DNA of 64,000 nt. Source: Actinomycetota bacterium. GTDB taxonomy: Bacteria; Actinomycetota; Thermoleophilia; Solirubrobacterales; 70-9. Shown here in pieces: positions 16,909 to 26,420 of this stretch; within the stretch, counting starts at the first letter, position 1, and each line of letters starts with the position of its first letter. Below the pieces are notes generated by a model. It was not told where the DNA came from and made no database searches. It saw only the letters and a program-made list of their open reading frames with translations. The stretch lies in the NCBI GenBank assembly GCA_018268415.1, contig JAFDWO010000136.1, positions 494-64,493 on the forward strand, written 5' to 3'. Position numbers and translations under genes: made by a program.

Positions 16909-16929
16909 TACTGAGCTTAGGGACCCGGT

Positions 16930-18543
16930 TTAGTTGGGAATCGGGAGTGCGACCTCGCGGTCGAGCCGGAGGGCGGCGGCGAAGGCCGTGTCGTGGGTGG
17001 CGACGACGAGCGCGCCCGGCCAGTCGAGGACCGCCGCCTCGAACACCTCGAGCGACTCGATGTCGAGGTGGTTGGTGGGCTCGTCGAGGAGCAGGCAGGT
17101 GGCGCGCCGGTGGGCCGCAAGGGCCAGTTCGGCGCGGGTGCGCTCGCCGGGGGAGAGGGTGGAGGCGGGCCGCTCGACCTGGGCGGCGGTGAGGCCGAAG
17201 GCCGCCAGCGCGGTGCGGGCGTCGGTCTCGTCGAGCCCGGTGGCGGCGCGCAGGACGGCGGTCGCGGTGCGCTCGCCGCCCATCGCTTCGCGGTCCTGGC
17301 CGAGGGTGGCGACCACCGCGCCGGGAGCGGCGCGGCGGCGGCCTGCGGCGAGCGGCAGCCTGCCCTCCAACGCGGCGAGGACGGTCGACTTGCCCGCGCC
17401 GTTCGGTCCGGCGAGCCGCAGCCGGTCCCCGTAGGAGACGGCCAGGTCGAGCGGACCGAGCCGCCAGCCGGCGCGGCGTACCTCGGCGCCCTCGAGGGCG
17501 AGCGCGGCGCCGCCGCGCCGCTCGGCCGCGCTCAGCTCGAGGGCGAGGCGCGCCGGCTCGATCGGCTTGTCGGGGACCTCGACCTGCGCGCGGCGGGTGG
17601 AGAGGCGCGCGGCCCGGTGTCGCATGCCGTCGGCGCGTTGGCGGACGTACTCGCGCGCGTGCTTGTCGCCGTCGGGGGAGCGCCGCGAGTCGACCCGTGC
17701 CGCGCTGGCCGCGGCACGCCGACGGATCTCCCGGTCGACGGCGGCGAGGCGGTCGCGCTCGGCGATCGCCTGCTCGTACTCACGCGAGGCACGCGCCCGA
17801 GCGTCGGCCCGCTCTCGCTGAAATGCCTCCCAGCCGCCCGAGTAGCGGGTCGCCTTGCCTGCGTCGAGATCGACGATGGAGTCGGCGAAGTCGGCCAGTA
17901 ACGCGCGGTCGTGGGAGACGAGGACGATGGCGCCGGTGTGTTCGCCCAGCAGCGCGCGCAGCCGGGCGAGCCCGTCGGCGTCGAGGTGGTTGGTCGGCTC
18001 GTCGAGGAGCAGGACGTCGCAGCGGGCCACCCGGACGGCGGCGAGTCCGCCCCGCGATGCCTGCCCGCCGGAGAGGGTCGACAGGGGTCGGTCCAGCAGC
18101 TCCGGCGCGAGCCCCAGCTCTGCCGCCGCGCCCGCCAGCCGCGCCTCGGCGTCCTCGCCGCCGAGCGCGAGCCAACGGTCGAGGGCGGCGGCGTGCGCCT
18201 CGATGGCCGCGAGGTCGCCGCCCTCCAGGGCCGCGAGGTGCCGATCGACCTCCCGCGCCGCCCCCGCGACCCCGATCCGCGCGAGGATCGCCTCCCGCGC
18301 CGAGGTGGTCGGGGTTGCGACCAGCTGCGGCAGGTACGCGACGCTCCCGTGTCGCGCCACCGTCCCCCCGTCGGCCTCGCCCTCCCCCGCGAGGATCCGG
18401 AGCAGCGTCGACTTGCCGCTCCCGTTGCGGCCGACCAGCCCGATCCGGTCCCCGTCGTGGACCTGCAGATCGACCGACTCGAGCACCGTTCGAGTCCCGA
18501 ATGAACGACTGACGCCCCGGGCGTCAAGAAAAGTAGAAGGCAT
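16930..18543 (-). CDS. ABC-F family ATPase (two ABC domains, no transmembrane domain)
   Basis: Start MPSTFLDARGV at 18543. Walker A GRNGSGKST and GPNGAGKST, signatures LSGGQ and LSPGE, with an inter-domain linker. Confidence 0.85.
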   Translation of the reverse strand: MPSTFLDARGVSRSFGTRTVLESVDLQVHDGDRIGLVGRNGSGKSTLLRILAGEGEADGGTVARHGSVAYLPQLVATPTTSAREAILARIGVAGAAREVDRHLAALEGGDLAAIEAHAAALDRWLALGGEDAEARLAGAAAELGLAPELLDRPLSTLSGGQASRGGLAAVRVARCDVLLLDEPTNHLDADGLARLRALLGEHTGAIVLVSHDRALLADFADSIVDLDAGKATRYSGGWEAFQRERADARARASREYEQAIAERDRLAAVDREIRRRAAASAARVDSRRSPDGDKHAREYVRQRADGMRHRAARLSTRRAQVEVPDKPIEPARLALELSAAERRGGAALALEGAEVRRAGWRLGPLDLAVSYGDRLRLAGPNGAGKSTVLAALEGRLPLAAGRRRAAPGAVVATLGQDREAMGGERTATAVLRAATGLDETDARTALAAFGLTAAQVERPASTLSPGERTRAELALAAHRRATCLLLDEPTNHLDIESLEVFEAAVLDWPGALVVATHDTAFAAALRLDREVALPIPN

Positions 18544-18702
18544 GCGTTTGCTCCCTTCCGGAGCCAAAAGACTGCGAGCACAAGATGCCGCGGATCCCGG
18601 CGATGCCGGATCCCTCAAAGGCGGCTGTCAGTGCGCGTCACGCATGCGATGGCCCGGCTCACGGGCCGCGAACCACCGTAGCAACCCGTCGCTCCGGTCG
18701 CG

Positions 18703-19464
18703 TCAGCCGTTCGACTCGAACATCGCCACCGGCCGCAGGGGTGAGCCGGAGCCGTCGCGGATCCGCAGCGGCAGGGCGATGATCAGGCCGGTGGGCGGGA
18801 GCAGGCCGAGGTTCTCGAAGCCCTCGCCGATCAGGATCCGGTTCGGCAGGAAGTAGGTCCGATGCCCGAACTCGGTCAGCACCTCGCCGTTGACCAGCGA
18901 GATGTCGCAGGCGACGGTGTCCGAGCAGACCGCCTTGACGCCGCGCCCGGCGAGGTAATCGCAGGCGTCCTCGGCGAGCCCCGCGTTGAAGTCGGCCCAG
19001 TAGCGCCGCCGCTCCCAGTCCGGATCGTCGGGACGGAAGTACCTGCTCCAGCCGAAGTCGACCAGCGCGACGTCGCCTGCCTGCAGGCGGAAGTCCGCCC
19101 GCTCCTCCTCGGCCTGCAGCTGGGCGCGCGTGATCAGTTGGCCGGGCTGCGGTGCGAGCCGACCGAGGTCGTACTTCTTGTAAGGGCCGAGCAGCCCGTC
19201 GATCTCGACGTTCTCGATCGTCGCGTCGGTCATCTCCGGGTGGACGTGGATCGGCGCGTCGACGTGGGCGCCGTGGTGCTCGGAGATCACCAGGGTCTGG
19301 GCGTAGTAGCCGTGGCGCTCGTGGCTGCGGGCGTCGTGGATCACCTCGAGGTCGGGGTGGACGGTCATTTTCGGCAGGTCGGACTGCAGGCGCGGCGAGA
19401 GGTCGACCATGCGCGTCCGCGATCGCAGCTCGGCGAAGAGCTCGACGATCGATTTCTCCTCCAT
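18703..19464 (-). CDS. cyclase-family protein (arylformamidase/kynurenine formamidase-like metal hydrolase)
   Basis: Start MEEKSIVELF at 19464 of the artefactually long ORF 18703..20640. HHGAHVDAPIH motif. Confidence 0.75.
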   Translation of the reverse strand: MEEKSIVELFAELRSRTRMVDLSPRLQSDLPKMTVHPDLEVIHDARSHERHGYYAQTLVISEHHGAHVDAPIHVHPEMTDATIENVEIDGLLGPYKKYDLGRLAPQPGQLITRAQLQAEEERADFRLQAGDVALVDFGWSRYFRPDDPDWERRRYWADFNAGLAEDACDYLAGRGVKAVCSDTVACDISLVNGEVLTEFGHRTYFLPNRILIGEGFENLGLLPPTGLIIALPLRIRDGSGSPLRPVAMFESNG

Positions 19465-19499
19465 CGCTCCTCCTACGGTTTGACGGGTGGCGCAATGAT

Positions 19500-19515
19500 G
19501 TATATACGTCTGTAC
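19500..19515. promoter_or_regulatory. candidate GntR-type operator: adjacent GT-N4-AC boxes GTATATAC GTCTGTAC
   Basis: The only AT-rich patch in the 78-bp divergent region between the cyclase and GntR genes. GntR-family sites generally follow GT-Nx-AC. Confidence 0.3.
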
Positions 19516-19542
19516 GACTGAAGTCCACCCGAAGGTGGCGAA

Positions 19543-20247
19543 TTGGCCCTCGCATACGAGCGAATCAGCGACGACATCCGTTCCCAGATCGACGCCGGCA
19601 GCCTCTTGCCGGCCGATCGGCTGCCCGCCGAGACGGCCCTGGCGGAGCGTTACGGAGTAACGCGGATGACGGTGCGTCACGCCCTGACCTCGCTGGTCGA
19701 CGGCGGCTACCTCTACCGTCGCCACGGCGTCGGCACGTTCGTCGCCGACCCGGCTCGCCGTCGGTCCCTGAACCGGCTGCGGAGCTTCGCCGAGGAACTG
19801 CGCGAGGCGGGACGCGAGGTCTCGACCGAGATGCTGGCGAGCGCGGTCGTCCCCGCCGCCGGAGAGCCGGCCGCCGAGCTCGGTCTCGAGCAGGGGGAGG
19901 AGGTGGTCTTCCTGGCGCGGCTGCGGCTGGTCGACGGCGGACCGGCTGCCGTCCAGCAGTCCTGGGTCCCGCGCCGGCTCGCCCCCGGGCTCGAGGACGA
20001 GCCACTGCTCGAGGGCTCCCTCTATCGGACCCTCGAGGCGCGCTTCGGGGTCGTCGCGAGCTACGCCGACCAGCGGATCCTCGCCGTCGCCGCCGACGTC
20101 GCCCTGGCCGAGGCCCTCGCGGTCGAGCCGGGATCGCCGCTGCTGCAGACCGACCGGACCGCCCGCGATCACCGTGACGTCGCGGTCGAGCACGCCCGCA
20201 GCTGGAGCCGGCCCGAGTTCGAACTGGTCACCCATCTCGAGCGCTGA
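19543..20247 (+). CDS. GntR-family (HutC/UTRA subfamily) transcriptional regulator
   Basis: 234 aa with a TTG start. N-terminal wHTH (LPAETALAERYGVTRMTVRHAL) and a UTRA-like C-terminal domain. Confidence 0.8.
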   Translation: MALAYERISDDIRSQIDAGSLLPADRLPAETALAERYGVTRMTVRHALTSLVDGGYLYRRHGVGTFVADPARRRSLNRLRSFAEELREAGREVSTEMLASAVVPAAGEPAAELGLEQGEEVVFLARLRLVDGGPAAVQQSWVPRRLAPGLEDEPLLEGSLYRTLEARFGVVASYADQRILAVAADVALAEALAVEPGSPLLQTDRTARDHRDVAVEHARSWSRPEFELVTHLER

Positions 20248-20271
20248 GGCTCGGGCGGAAAAGGAGGAGCG

Positions 20272-21993
20272 ATGAAAGCGGACCTGGAGCGGAAGGTGAG
20301 CGGCGGCGAGGTGGTCGTCGATGCCCTCCGTGCCCTCGGGATCGACGTCATGTTCGGCGTGCCAGGGGGGCAGACCCTGGCGATCGTCGACGCGGTGCTC
20401 GACACCGAGGAGATCCGCTTCGTCACCGCCCGCCACGAGGGCTCGGCCGCCTGCATGGCCGATGCCTACGCGCGGATCACCGGGCGCCCGGCGGCCTGTA
20501 TCGCCACCACCGGCCCCGGCGCCACCAACATGCTGACCGGCATCGGCGGCGCGTTCCGCGACTCCAGCCCGGTGATCGCGATCACCTGCAACAACCGGCT
20601 CGCCGACCTCGGCCGCGACGACGCCCAGGCGGCCGACCACGTGGCGATCTACCAGCCGTTGGTCAAGTGGGCGAAGCTGGTCTCCACCGCGGGCTCGATC
20701 CGCCAGGTGTTGGAGGAGGCCTACATCCGCGCCACCGGCGGCTGCCCCGGGCCGGTGCTCGTCGACTTCGCCCGTGATGTGCTCGAGGACCCGGTCGACT
20801 TCGACTTCGAGCCGCGCCCCGGTCCGGCGTCGATGGCGACCCTCGCGCGCCAGCGGATCGCCGGCGACCCGGCGCGGATCGACGCCGCGGCGGAGGTGCT
20901 GGCGGGCGCCCGGGCGCCGGTGCTCTGGGTCGGCAACGGGGTGAAGATCGCCGACGCGGGAGCGGCGGCGCTCGCCCTCGGGCGGCGGTTCTCGATGCCG
21001 GTGATCACGACCTTCAACGGGATGGGCGCGGTGCCGACCACCGATCCGCTCGTCTACGGGGCGCTCACCCGGATGGGGACCGACCTCTCCTCGCGCGTCC
21101 TCGCCGATGCCGACGTGCTGGTCGCGGTCGGCAACAGCCTGAACGCCGTCTCGACCGGGCGCTGGTCGATGGCGCTGCCGGAGACGATCATCCAGGTCGA
21201 CGTCGAGCCCGCCAACGTCGGCCGCTACTACGCCGAGCGCACCGCGGGGATCATCGGTGATGCGGCCGCCGTGATGACGGCGTTGGCCGAGGCCTCGGCG
21301 ACCGGTGGGCGTGACGAGGCCGCCGCCGCTGCCCGAGCCGAGCGGCTCGCCGACCTGGCCGCGGCCCGCGAGCGCTGGTGGGCCGACACCGACGTGATCG
21401 CCGCGGCGCCGGGGACGATCTCGCCGGCCGCGGTGATGCGCGAGGCGCGGGCCGGTGCGCCGGAGGAGACGATCGCCCTGGTCGACGCCGGCAATCCGGG
21501 CATCTGGTCCTACCTGTGGCCGATCCTCCGGTCCGGCACCTACTTCAAGCCGGTCGGCTTCGGCAACATGGGCTTCGCCCTCCCCGCGGCGATCGCCGCC
21601 AAGATCGCCCGCCCGGCGGCGCCGGTGCTGGCGCTGATCGGCGACGGCTCGCTGGGGATGACCCTCGCCGAGCTGGAGACCGTGGCTCGTGAGGAGCTCG
21701 CGGTATGCCTACTGGTGATGAACGACAGCGGCTACGGAAACATCCGTCAGGAGCAGCTCCTCCACTACGGCGAGCGCCGCCTCGGAGTCGACTTCGTCGA
21801 CGTCGATTACGCGGCGATCGCGCGCGCCTGCGGGTTGCAGGCGGTGCGGGTCACGGAGGCCGGGGAGCTGGCCGACGTCGTCGCCGACGCGTTCGCCTCC
21901 GGCCGGCCGTGGCTGATCGACGCGGTCATCGACCCCGACATCAGCGCCTGGACCTACCCGCCCTTCCGTCCGTACCGGACCGGGGACGAGTAG
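20272..21993 (+). CDS. thiamine-diphosphate-dependent enzyme, acetolactate-synthase-like family
   Basis: 573 aa. N-terminal TPP-pyrimidine domain (GVPGGQTLAIVDA, TGPGATN). C-terminal GDGSLGMT ... NDSGYGNI TPP-binding motif. Confidence 0.85.
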   Translation: MKADLERKVSGGEVVVDALRALGIDVMFGVPGGQTLAIVDAVLDTEEIRFVTARHEGSAACMADAYARITGRPAACIATTGPGATNMLTGIGGAFRDSSPVIAITCNNRLADLGRDDAQAADHVAIYQPLVKWAKLVSTAGSIRQVLEEAYIRATGGCPGPVLVDFARDVLEDPVDFDFEPRPGPASMATLARQRIAGDPARIDAAAEVLAGARAPVLWVGNGVKIADAGAAALALGRRFSMPVITTFNGMGAVPTTDPLVYGALTRMGTDLSSRVLADADVLVAVGNSLNAVSTGRWSMALPETIIQVDVEPANVGRYYAERTAGIIGDAAAVMTALAEASATGGRDEAAAAARAERLADLAAARERWWADTDVIAAAPGTISPAAVMREARAGAPEETIALVDAGNPGIWSYLWPILRSGTYFKPVGFGNMGFALPAAIAAKIARPAAPVLALIGDGSLGMTLAELETVAREELAVCLLVMNDSGYGNIRQEQLLHYGERRLGVDFVDVDYAAIARACGLQAVRVTEAGELADVVADAFASGRPWLIDAVIDPDISAWTYPPFRPYRTGDE

Positions 21994-21996
21994 ATC

Positions 21997-23463
21997 GTGG
22001 CGACTCCGCCCGGAGTCGTCCTGGCGATCGACGTCGGCAGCTCCCGCACCCGCGTCACCCTGCTCGACCGTGAGGGGCGGGCGCTCCGCCACGAGGCGGC
22101 GCCGACCCCGGTCGAATGCCCCGCCCCGGGGCGCTCGGAGCTACGGCTGGACCGGCTGTGGGGGGTGCTGAGGGCGGCGGTACGGGCCCTCGAGCCGGGC
22201 GAGTCCGCGGTCGCCGCGATCGGCGTCACGGGCTTGATGAGCACCGCCTTCCTCGACTCCGAGGGCAGCGCGGTGGGGTCCGCGATGCTCTGGAACGACG
22301 ACCGTGCCGCCCCGTTCGCGGCGGCGGGAGAGGACCTCGCACGGCTCACCGCGCGGACGGCGAGGCGCCCACCGAACGGCGAGATGTGGGGCCCGCGGCT
22401 GGCCTGGCTGGGCCTGAACGAACCGCGCCGACGTGCCGCCGTGGCGCGCCTCGGCACGGTCAAGGACGCCGTGGTGGCGCAGCTCACCGGGCGCGTGGTC
22501 ACCGACCCGACCTCGGCCTCCTACAGCGGCCTCTTCGAGGTCGCCGCCGGCTCCTGGTCCGCGGCGGCGGCGGCCGCCTGGGAGGTGGGTGAGGAGCTCC
22601 TGCCGCCGGTCCTCGCCGCCGCGGGGCTCGCCGGGGAGCTCGCTCCCGCCGCGGCGACCGAGCTGGGGCTGGCACCGGGGATCCCGGTCTGTGCGGGCGC
22701 TCCCGACGGCAGCGTCGGTGCGCTCGCGGCGGGTGGCGTGGGCGCCGGTCGCACCGTCGACATCGCCGGCACCTCGGACGTGATCAACCACCTCCTCGAC
22801 CGTCCCTCGTCGGCCGAGGCCGGTCCGACGGTGCTCAATGCCTTCGTCGCGCCGGGCCTGTGGGGGCTCGGCGGGCCGACCGGGATGACCGGCGGCGCCC
22901 TCGACTGGACCGCGCGCCTGCTGGGCTACCGGTCGGTGGCGGCGGCGCTCGCGGTGCTCGGCCCGGAGATCGACCGGATCGGCCCCGGTGCCGGCGGCGT
23001 CAGCTTCCGGCCGCACCTCTCGGGCAGCCGGTTCCCGGAATGGCGGAGCGCCGCCGCCGGCTCGATCGCCGGGCTGCGGCCCGAGCACGGGGCCGCCCAC
23101 CTGCTCGCGGCGGCGCTCGAGGGAGCCGCCTTCACGGTCGCTGCCGGCCTCGAGGCGATCCGTGATCGCGGGGAGACGGTGCGCGAGTTGCGGGTCGGTG
23201 GCGGTCTGGCGGGCGAGGGCCGCTCGCTGCGGCTGCGCGCCACGGCCGCCGGCGTCCCGGTCCGCGCGTCGCTCGAGCCGGAGATGTCGACGCTAGGCGC
23301 CGGCCTCCTCGCCGCGGTCGGTGCGGGGCTCTTCGACGACCTTCCCGCGGCAGTCGCCGCCTTCGCCCCGGAGGCCGTCGTCGTCGAGCCCGACGAGGCC
23401 GCGGCCCCCGCCCTCGCTGCCGCCTTCGACCGCTGGCGGGAGCTCGGTCCCGGGGCGCCGTGA
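21997..23463 (+). CDS. FGGY-family carbohydrate kinase
   Basis: 488 aa with a GTG start. LAIDVGSSRTRV phosphate-1 motif and GGLAG near the C-terminus. Confidence 0.75.
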   Translation: MATPPGVVLAIDVGSSRTRVTLLDREGRALRHEAAPTPVECPAPGRSELRLDRLWGVLRAAVRALEPGESAVAAIGVTGLMSTAFLDSEGSAVGSAMLWNDDRAAPFAAAGEDLARLTARTARRPPNGEMWGPRLAWLGLNEPRRRAAVARLGTVKDAVVAQLTGRVVTDPTSASYSGLFEVAAGSWSAAAAAAWEVGEELLPPVLAAAGLAGELAPAAATELGLAPGIPVCAGAPDGSVGALAAGGVGAGRTVDIAGTSDVINHLLDRPSSAEAGPTVLNAFVAPGLWGLGGPTGMTGGALDWTARLLGYRSVAAALAVLGPEIDRIGPGAGGVSFRPHLSGSRFPEWRSAAAGSIAGLRPEHGAAHLLAAALEGAAFTVAAGLEAIRDRGETVRELRVGGGLAGEGRSLRLRATAAGVPVRASLEPEMSTLGAGLLAAVGAGLFDDLPAAVAAFAPEAVVVEPDEAAAPALAAAFDRWRELGPGAP

Positions 23464-23479
23464 GGGCGGCACGCCGATC

Positions 23480-24193
23480 TCAGCCGCGGGCCGCCGCGAC
23501 CGCGGCCGTCCCCGCTTGCTGCAGGAGGCCGAGGTCGGAGGAGATGGCGCGGAAGCGGACCCGCGGATCGTCCAGCGCGATCCCGCCGAGCACCGCGCCG
23601 CCCGCCTCGACCGCGTCGCAGATCTCGGCCACGCGGGCGTCGAACGCCTCGTCGTCGAGCCCGACGTCGGCGCGCAGGTCGGCGGTGCCGACGAAGACGA
23701 CGTCGGGGCCCGCGGCGAGGATCTCGGCGAGGCTGTCGTCGGTGGTCGCGGTCTCGATCTGGGCGACGACGAGCGGCGGCTCGGCCGCCGCGGAGGCGAG
23801 ATAATCGCCCATGCCGACCGCGCCGTACCCGGCCCGTCGGTGGGCGAGGCTGATCGACCGGGTGCCGGTCGGGGCGTAGCGGGTGGCGGCGCGCAGCTCG
23901 TGGACCTGCGCTGCCGTCCGCACGGTGGAGAGCTGGATGCCGACGCAGCCCGCCTCCAACAGCCGGTTGACCAGGCCGCGGTCGTTGGCGGCGATCCGCG
24001 CGAGCGCCGGGAAGCCGATCGCCGCCGCGTGGGCGGCCAGCCCGATCGCGTCGCCCTCGTCGAGCTGGGAGTGCTCGAGGTCGATCAGGCAGAAGTCGAA
24101 CCCCGCCCCGGCGGCGATCTCCAGTGCCTGGGTCGAGGGGAGCTTGACGAAGAGTCCGAGGTTCTGGGAGCGGAGTTTCACGATATATGCCAC
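23480..24193 (-). CDS. HpcH/HpaI-family aldolase (2-keto-3-deoxy-acid aldolase / citrate-lyase beta-like)
   Basis: 237 aa. DFCLIDLEHS, RV and AQIET motifs typical of the family. Confidence 0.75.
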   Translation of the reverse strand: MAYIVKLRSQNLGLFVKLPSTQALEIAAGAGFDFCLIDLEHSQLDEGDAIGLAAHAAAIGFPALARIAANDRGLVNRLLEAGCVGIQLSTVRTAAQVHELRAATRYAPTGTRSISLAHRRAGYGAVGMGDYLASAAAEPPLVVAQIETATTDDSLAEILAAGPDVVFVGTADLRADVGLDDEAFDARVAEICDAVEAGGAVLGGIALDDPRVRFRAISSDLGLLQQAGTAAVAAARG

Positions 24194-24951
24194 CCTTTCA
24201 CATTGTGAGTTCTTCTGGGAGAGGGAAGAAGGCGGAGCGCAGCGATCCCGACGAGTCGAACACCGGCTTCCAGGCGGTCGCCCGGGCGACCGAACTGCTC
24301 GGCATGTTCAGCACCGACGAGCCGGCCCTCAGCCTCGCGCAGATGTCCGCGCGGCTCGAGGTCAGCAAACCGACCGCCCACCGTTATGCGACCGCGCTGC
24401 GCCGGGCGGGTTTCCTCAACCACGCCGACGGCGTCTACACGCTGGGCCCGCGGGTGGTCGAGCTCGCGGCGGCGGCGCTGGCGGGACTCGACGTGATCGA
24501 GGTCGCCGGCCCCCACCTCGACCGACTCGGCGCCGCCACCCGCCAGACCTCGGTGCTCGCGGTCTGGGACGGCGAGGCGCCCGTCGCGGTCCGCGTCCAC
24601 GATGCCGCCGCCGGACAGATCGTCCGCGTCGTCGTCAGCGTCGGCTCGCGCCTGACCACCGACGGTGCCCACGGACGGGTCTTCCGCGCGTACCTCGACC
24701 CCGGCGACGAGAGTCCCGAGCTGATCCGCGCGCGCCGCGACGGCGTCGTCTACTCGGCGAGCGTCGTGGAGGGCATCCGGGCCCTCGCCGCGCCGGTCTT
24801 CCAGGGCGACCAGATCGTCGCGACGATGGCGCTGGTCGGCACCGCAGCTGCGATCCCGGGGGGCACGCGCAGCCAGATGGCACGCAGCCTGCGCGAGGCG
24901 GCGGCGGCGCTTTCGCTCGATCTTGGTCATGTGGCTGACGTCGGTGGCTGA
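24187..24951 (+). CDS. IclR-family transcriptional regulator
   Basis: 254 aa. HTH SLAQMSARLEVSKPTAHRYATAL and a C-terminal effector domain. Its start overlaps the divergent aldolase start by 7 nt, so the exact start is uncertain. Confidence 0.75.
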   Translation: MPPFHIVSSSGRGKKAERSDPDESNTGFQAVARATELLGMFSTDEPALSLAQMSARLEVSKPTAHRYATALRRAGFLNHADGVYTLGPRVVELAAAALAGLDVIEVAGPHLDRLGAATRQTSVLAVWDGEAPVAVRVHDAAAGQIVRVVVSVGSRLTTDGAHGRVFRAYLDPGDESPELIRARRDGVVYSASVVEGIRALAAPVFQGDQIVATMALVGTAAAIPGGTRSQMARSLREAAAALSLDLGHVADVGG

Positions 24952-24967
24952 ATGACGAGGCTATTCT

Positions 24968-24979
24968 GCATACGTATGC
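24968..24979. promoter_or_regulatory. LacI-type palindromic operator candidate GCATACGTATGC (site 1)
   Basis: Perfect 12-bp palindrome with a central CG, about 50 bp upstream of the PrpD-like operon. The same motif occurs at 47312..47327 and 51032..51043. Confidence 0.45.
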
Positions 24980-25028
24980 TGGTCGATGCGGCGCCGTCCG
25001 CCACGACCACGTCAGGAGGAGGGATCAC

Positions 25029-26420
25029 TTGAGTTCGACCGCTTCTAAAACGACCCTGTCGACCGCGCTGGCGGAGTGGATCGTCGACTTCGACCTCGAC
25101 GCCCACGGCGACGAGCTGCGCGAGGCGGGCCGCCGGGCGCTGATCAACTCGGTCGGCACCGGCGTCGCCGCCTACGGCCTGCCCGATGTTCAGCGCCTGG
25201 TCGAGATCGTCGCCGAGGAAGGCGCGACCGGGCCGGCGACGGTGCTCGTCAACGGGGCCAAGACGGCGGCCCAGGTCGCCCTCTGGCCGAACGCGGCGCT
25301 CTTCAACGTGCTCACCCAGGAGGAGACGCACACCGTCAGCGGCACCCACCCGGCGGAGACGACGGCGCCGATCTGCCTGACCCTCGGCGAGCGCCTCGGC
25401 AGCCGCGGCGCCGACCTGCTCGAGGCCTTCGTCGTCGGCATCGAGGCGACGGTCGCCTGCGCGAGCATGGAGCTGACCCCGGAAGTCAAAGTCGACAACT
25501 GCCAGGGTCCGGCCGTGTACGGCTCGATCGGCGCGGCCGCGGCGGCGGCAAAGTTGCTCGGGTTCGACGCGGCGACCACCGCCAACGCGCTCGGCCTCGC
25601 CGTCAACACCACCGCCGGGCTCTCCGAGTGCGTCCACGTCGGCACCAGCGAGTACCACTTCAACGTCCCGCACGCCTCGGTCAACGGCTGGATGGCGGCG
25701 GCGCTGGCACGCAAGGGAGCGGTCGCCGCGCCGACCGCCTTCGAGGGCTATGCGGGCTTCTACCAGCTGTTCGGCGCCTCCCCGCGCGAGCAGCTCGCCG
25801 CCCATGACGTGGTCGGCGACGTGCTCGGCCATCTCGAGGGTCCGGAGTGGGGCGTGGCCGAGGTCATCTACAAGCCCTACCCGGTCTACTTCTTCAACCA
25901 GGCGCTGGTCGACGGCGCCAGGAAGATCCGCGAATCCGCCGACTTCGACCCCGCGGCGATCGAGTCGGTCCGGCTCGAGATGGGCACTTTCGCGATGGCC
26001 TCGGGCGGTCCCAACCGGCCGCCGTATGCCGACCGCGACAACGTTCTCGGGGCCGGCGCCTTCTGTGTCGCCGCGATGCTCCTGCGCGGTGCCCTCGGCC
26101 TCGCCGAGACCCAGGACGTCGCCGCCCCGGACATCCTCGGGCTGCTGGAGCGGACCGAGGTGGTCGGCGTCGACGGGCTGATGACGGCGAGGATCGAGGT
26201 CGCTACCGGGTCCGGCTCCTTCGCCTTCGACGCCGACCGGGAAGGGCGGGACTACCGCCTGTCGACCCCCGAGGTCGAAGGCATCTACCGCGAGGCGGCC
26301 GCCAACGTCTACGACGAGGAGCAGGCGGAGCGACTGCTGGCGATGTTGCGCGAGATCGAGGACGTCGGCGACGTCGGCGACCTGGTCGCGGCGATGACCC
26401 TGGCGGAGGGAAGCGGATGA
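25029..26420 (+). CDS. MmgE/PrpD-family protein (2-methylcitrate dehydratase-like)
   Basis: 463 aa with a TTG start. Family-typical N-terminal region (LAEWIVDFDLD ... GRRALINSVG). Confidence 0.75.
   Translation: MSSTASKTTLSTALAEWIVDFDLDAHGDELREAGRRALINSVGTGVAAYGLPDVQRLVEIVAEEGATGPATVLVNGAKTAAQVALWPNAALFNVLTQEETHTVSGTHPAETTAPICLTLGERLGSRGADLLEAFVVGIEATVACASMELTPEVKVDNCQGPAVYGSIGAAAAAAKLLGFDAATTANALGLAVNTTAGLSECVHVGTSEYHFNVPHASVNGWMAAALARKGAVAAPTAFEGYAGFYQLFGASPREQLAAHDVVGDVLGHLEGPEWGVAEVIYKPYPVYFFNQALVDGARKIRESADFDPAAIESVRLEMGTFAMASGGPNRPPYADRDNVLGAGAFCVAAMLLRGALGLAETQDVAAPDILGLLERTEVVGVDGLMTARIEVATGSGSFAFDADREGRDYRLSTPEVEGIYREAAANVYDEEQAERLLAMLREIEDVGDVGDLVAAMTLAEGSG

Noticed and set aside
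18544-18702. Possible ribosome-dependent attenuator for the ABC-F gene (tiny ORF MRDAH on the minus strand followed by GGGATCCGGC/GCCGGGATCC hairpin)
   Set aside because: The hairpin lacks a convincing terminator/antiterminator alternative, and the mini-ORF has no RBS. I also cannot tell from sequence alone whether this ABC-F belongs to an antibiotic-resistance clade. Too speculative.
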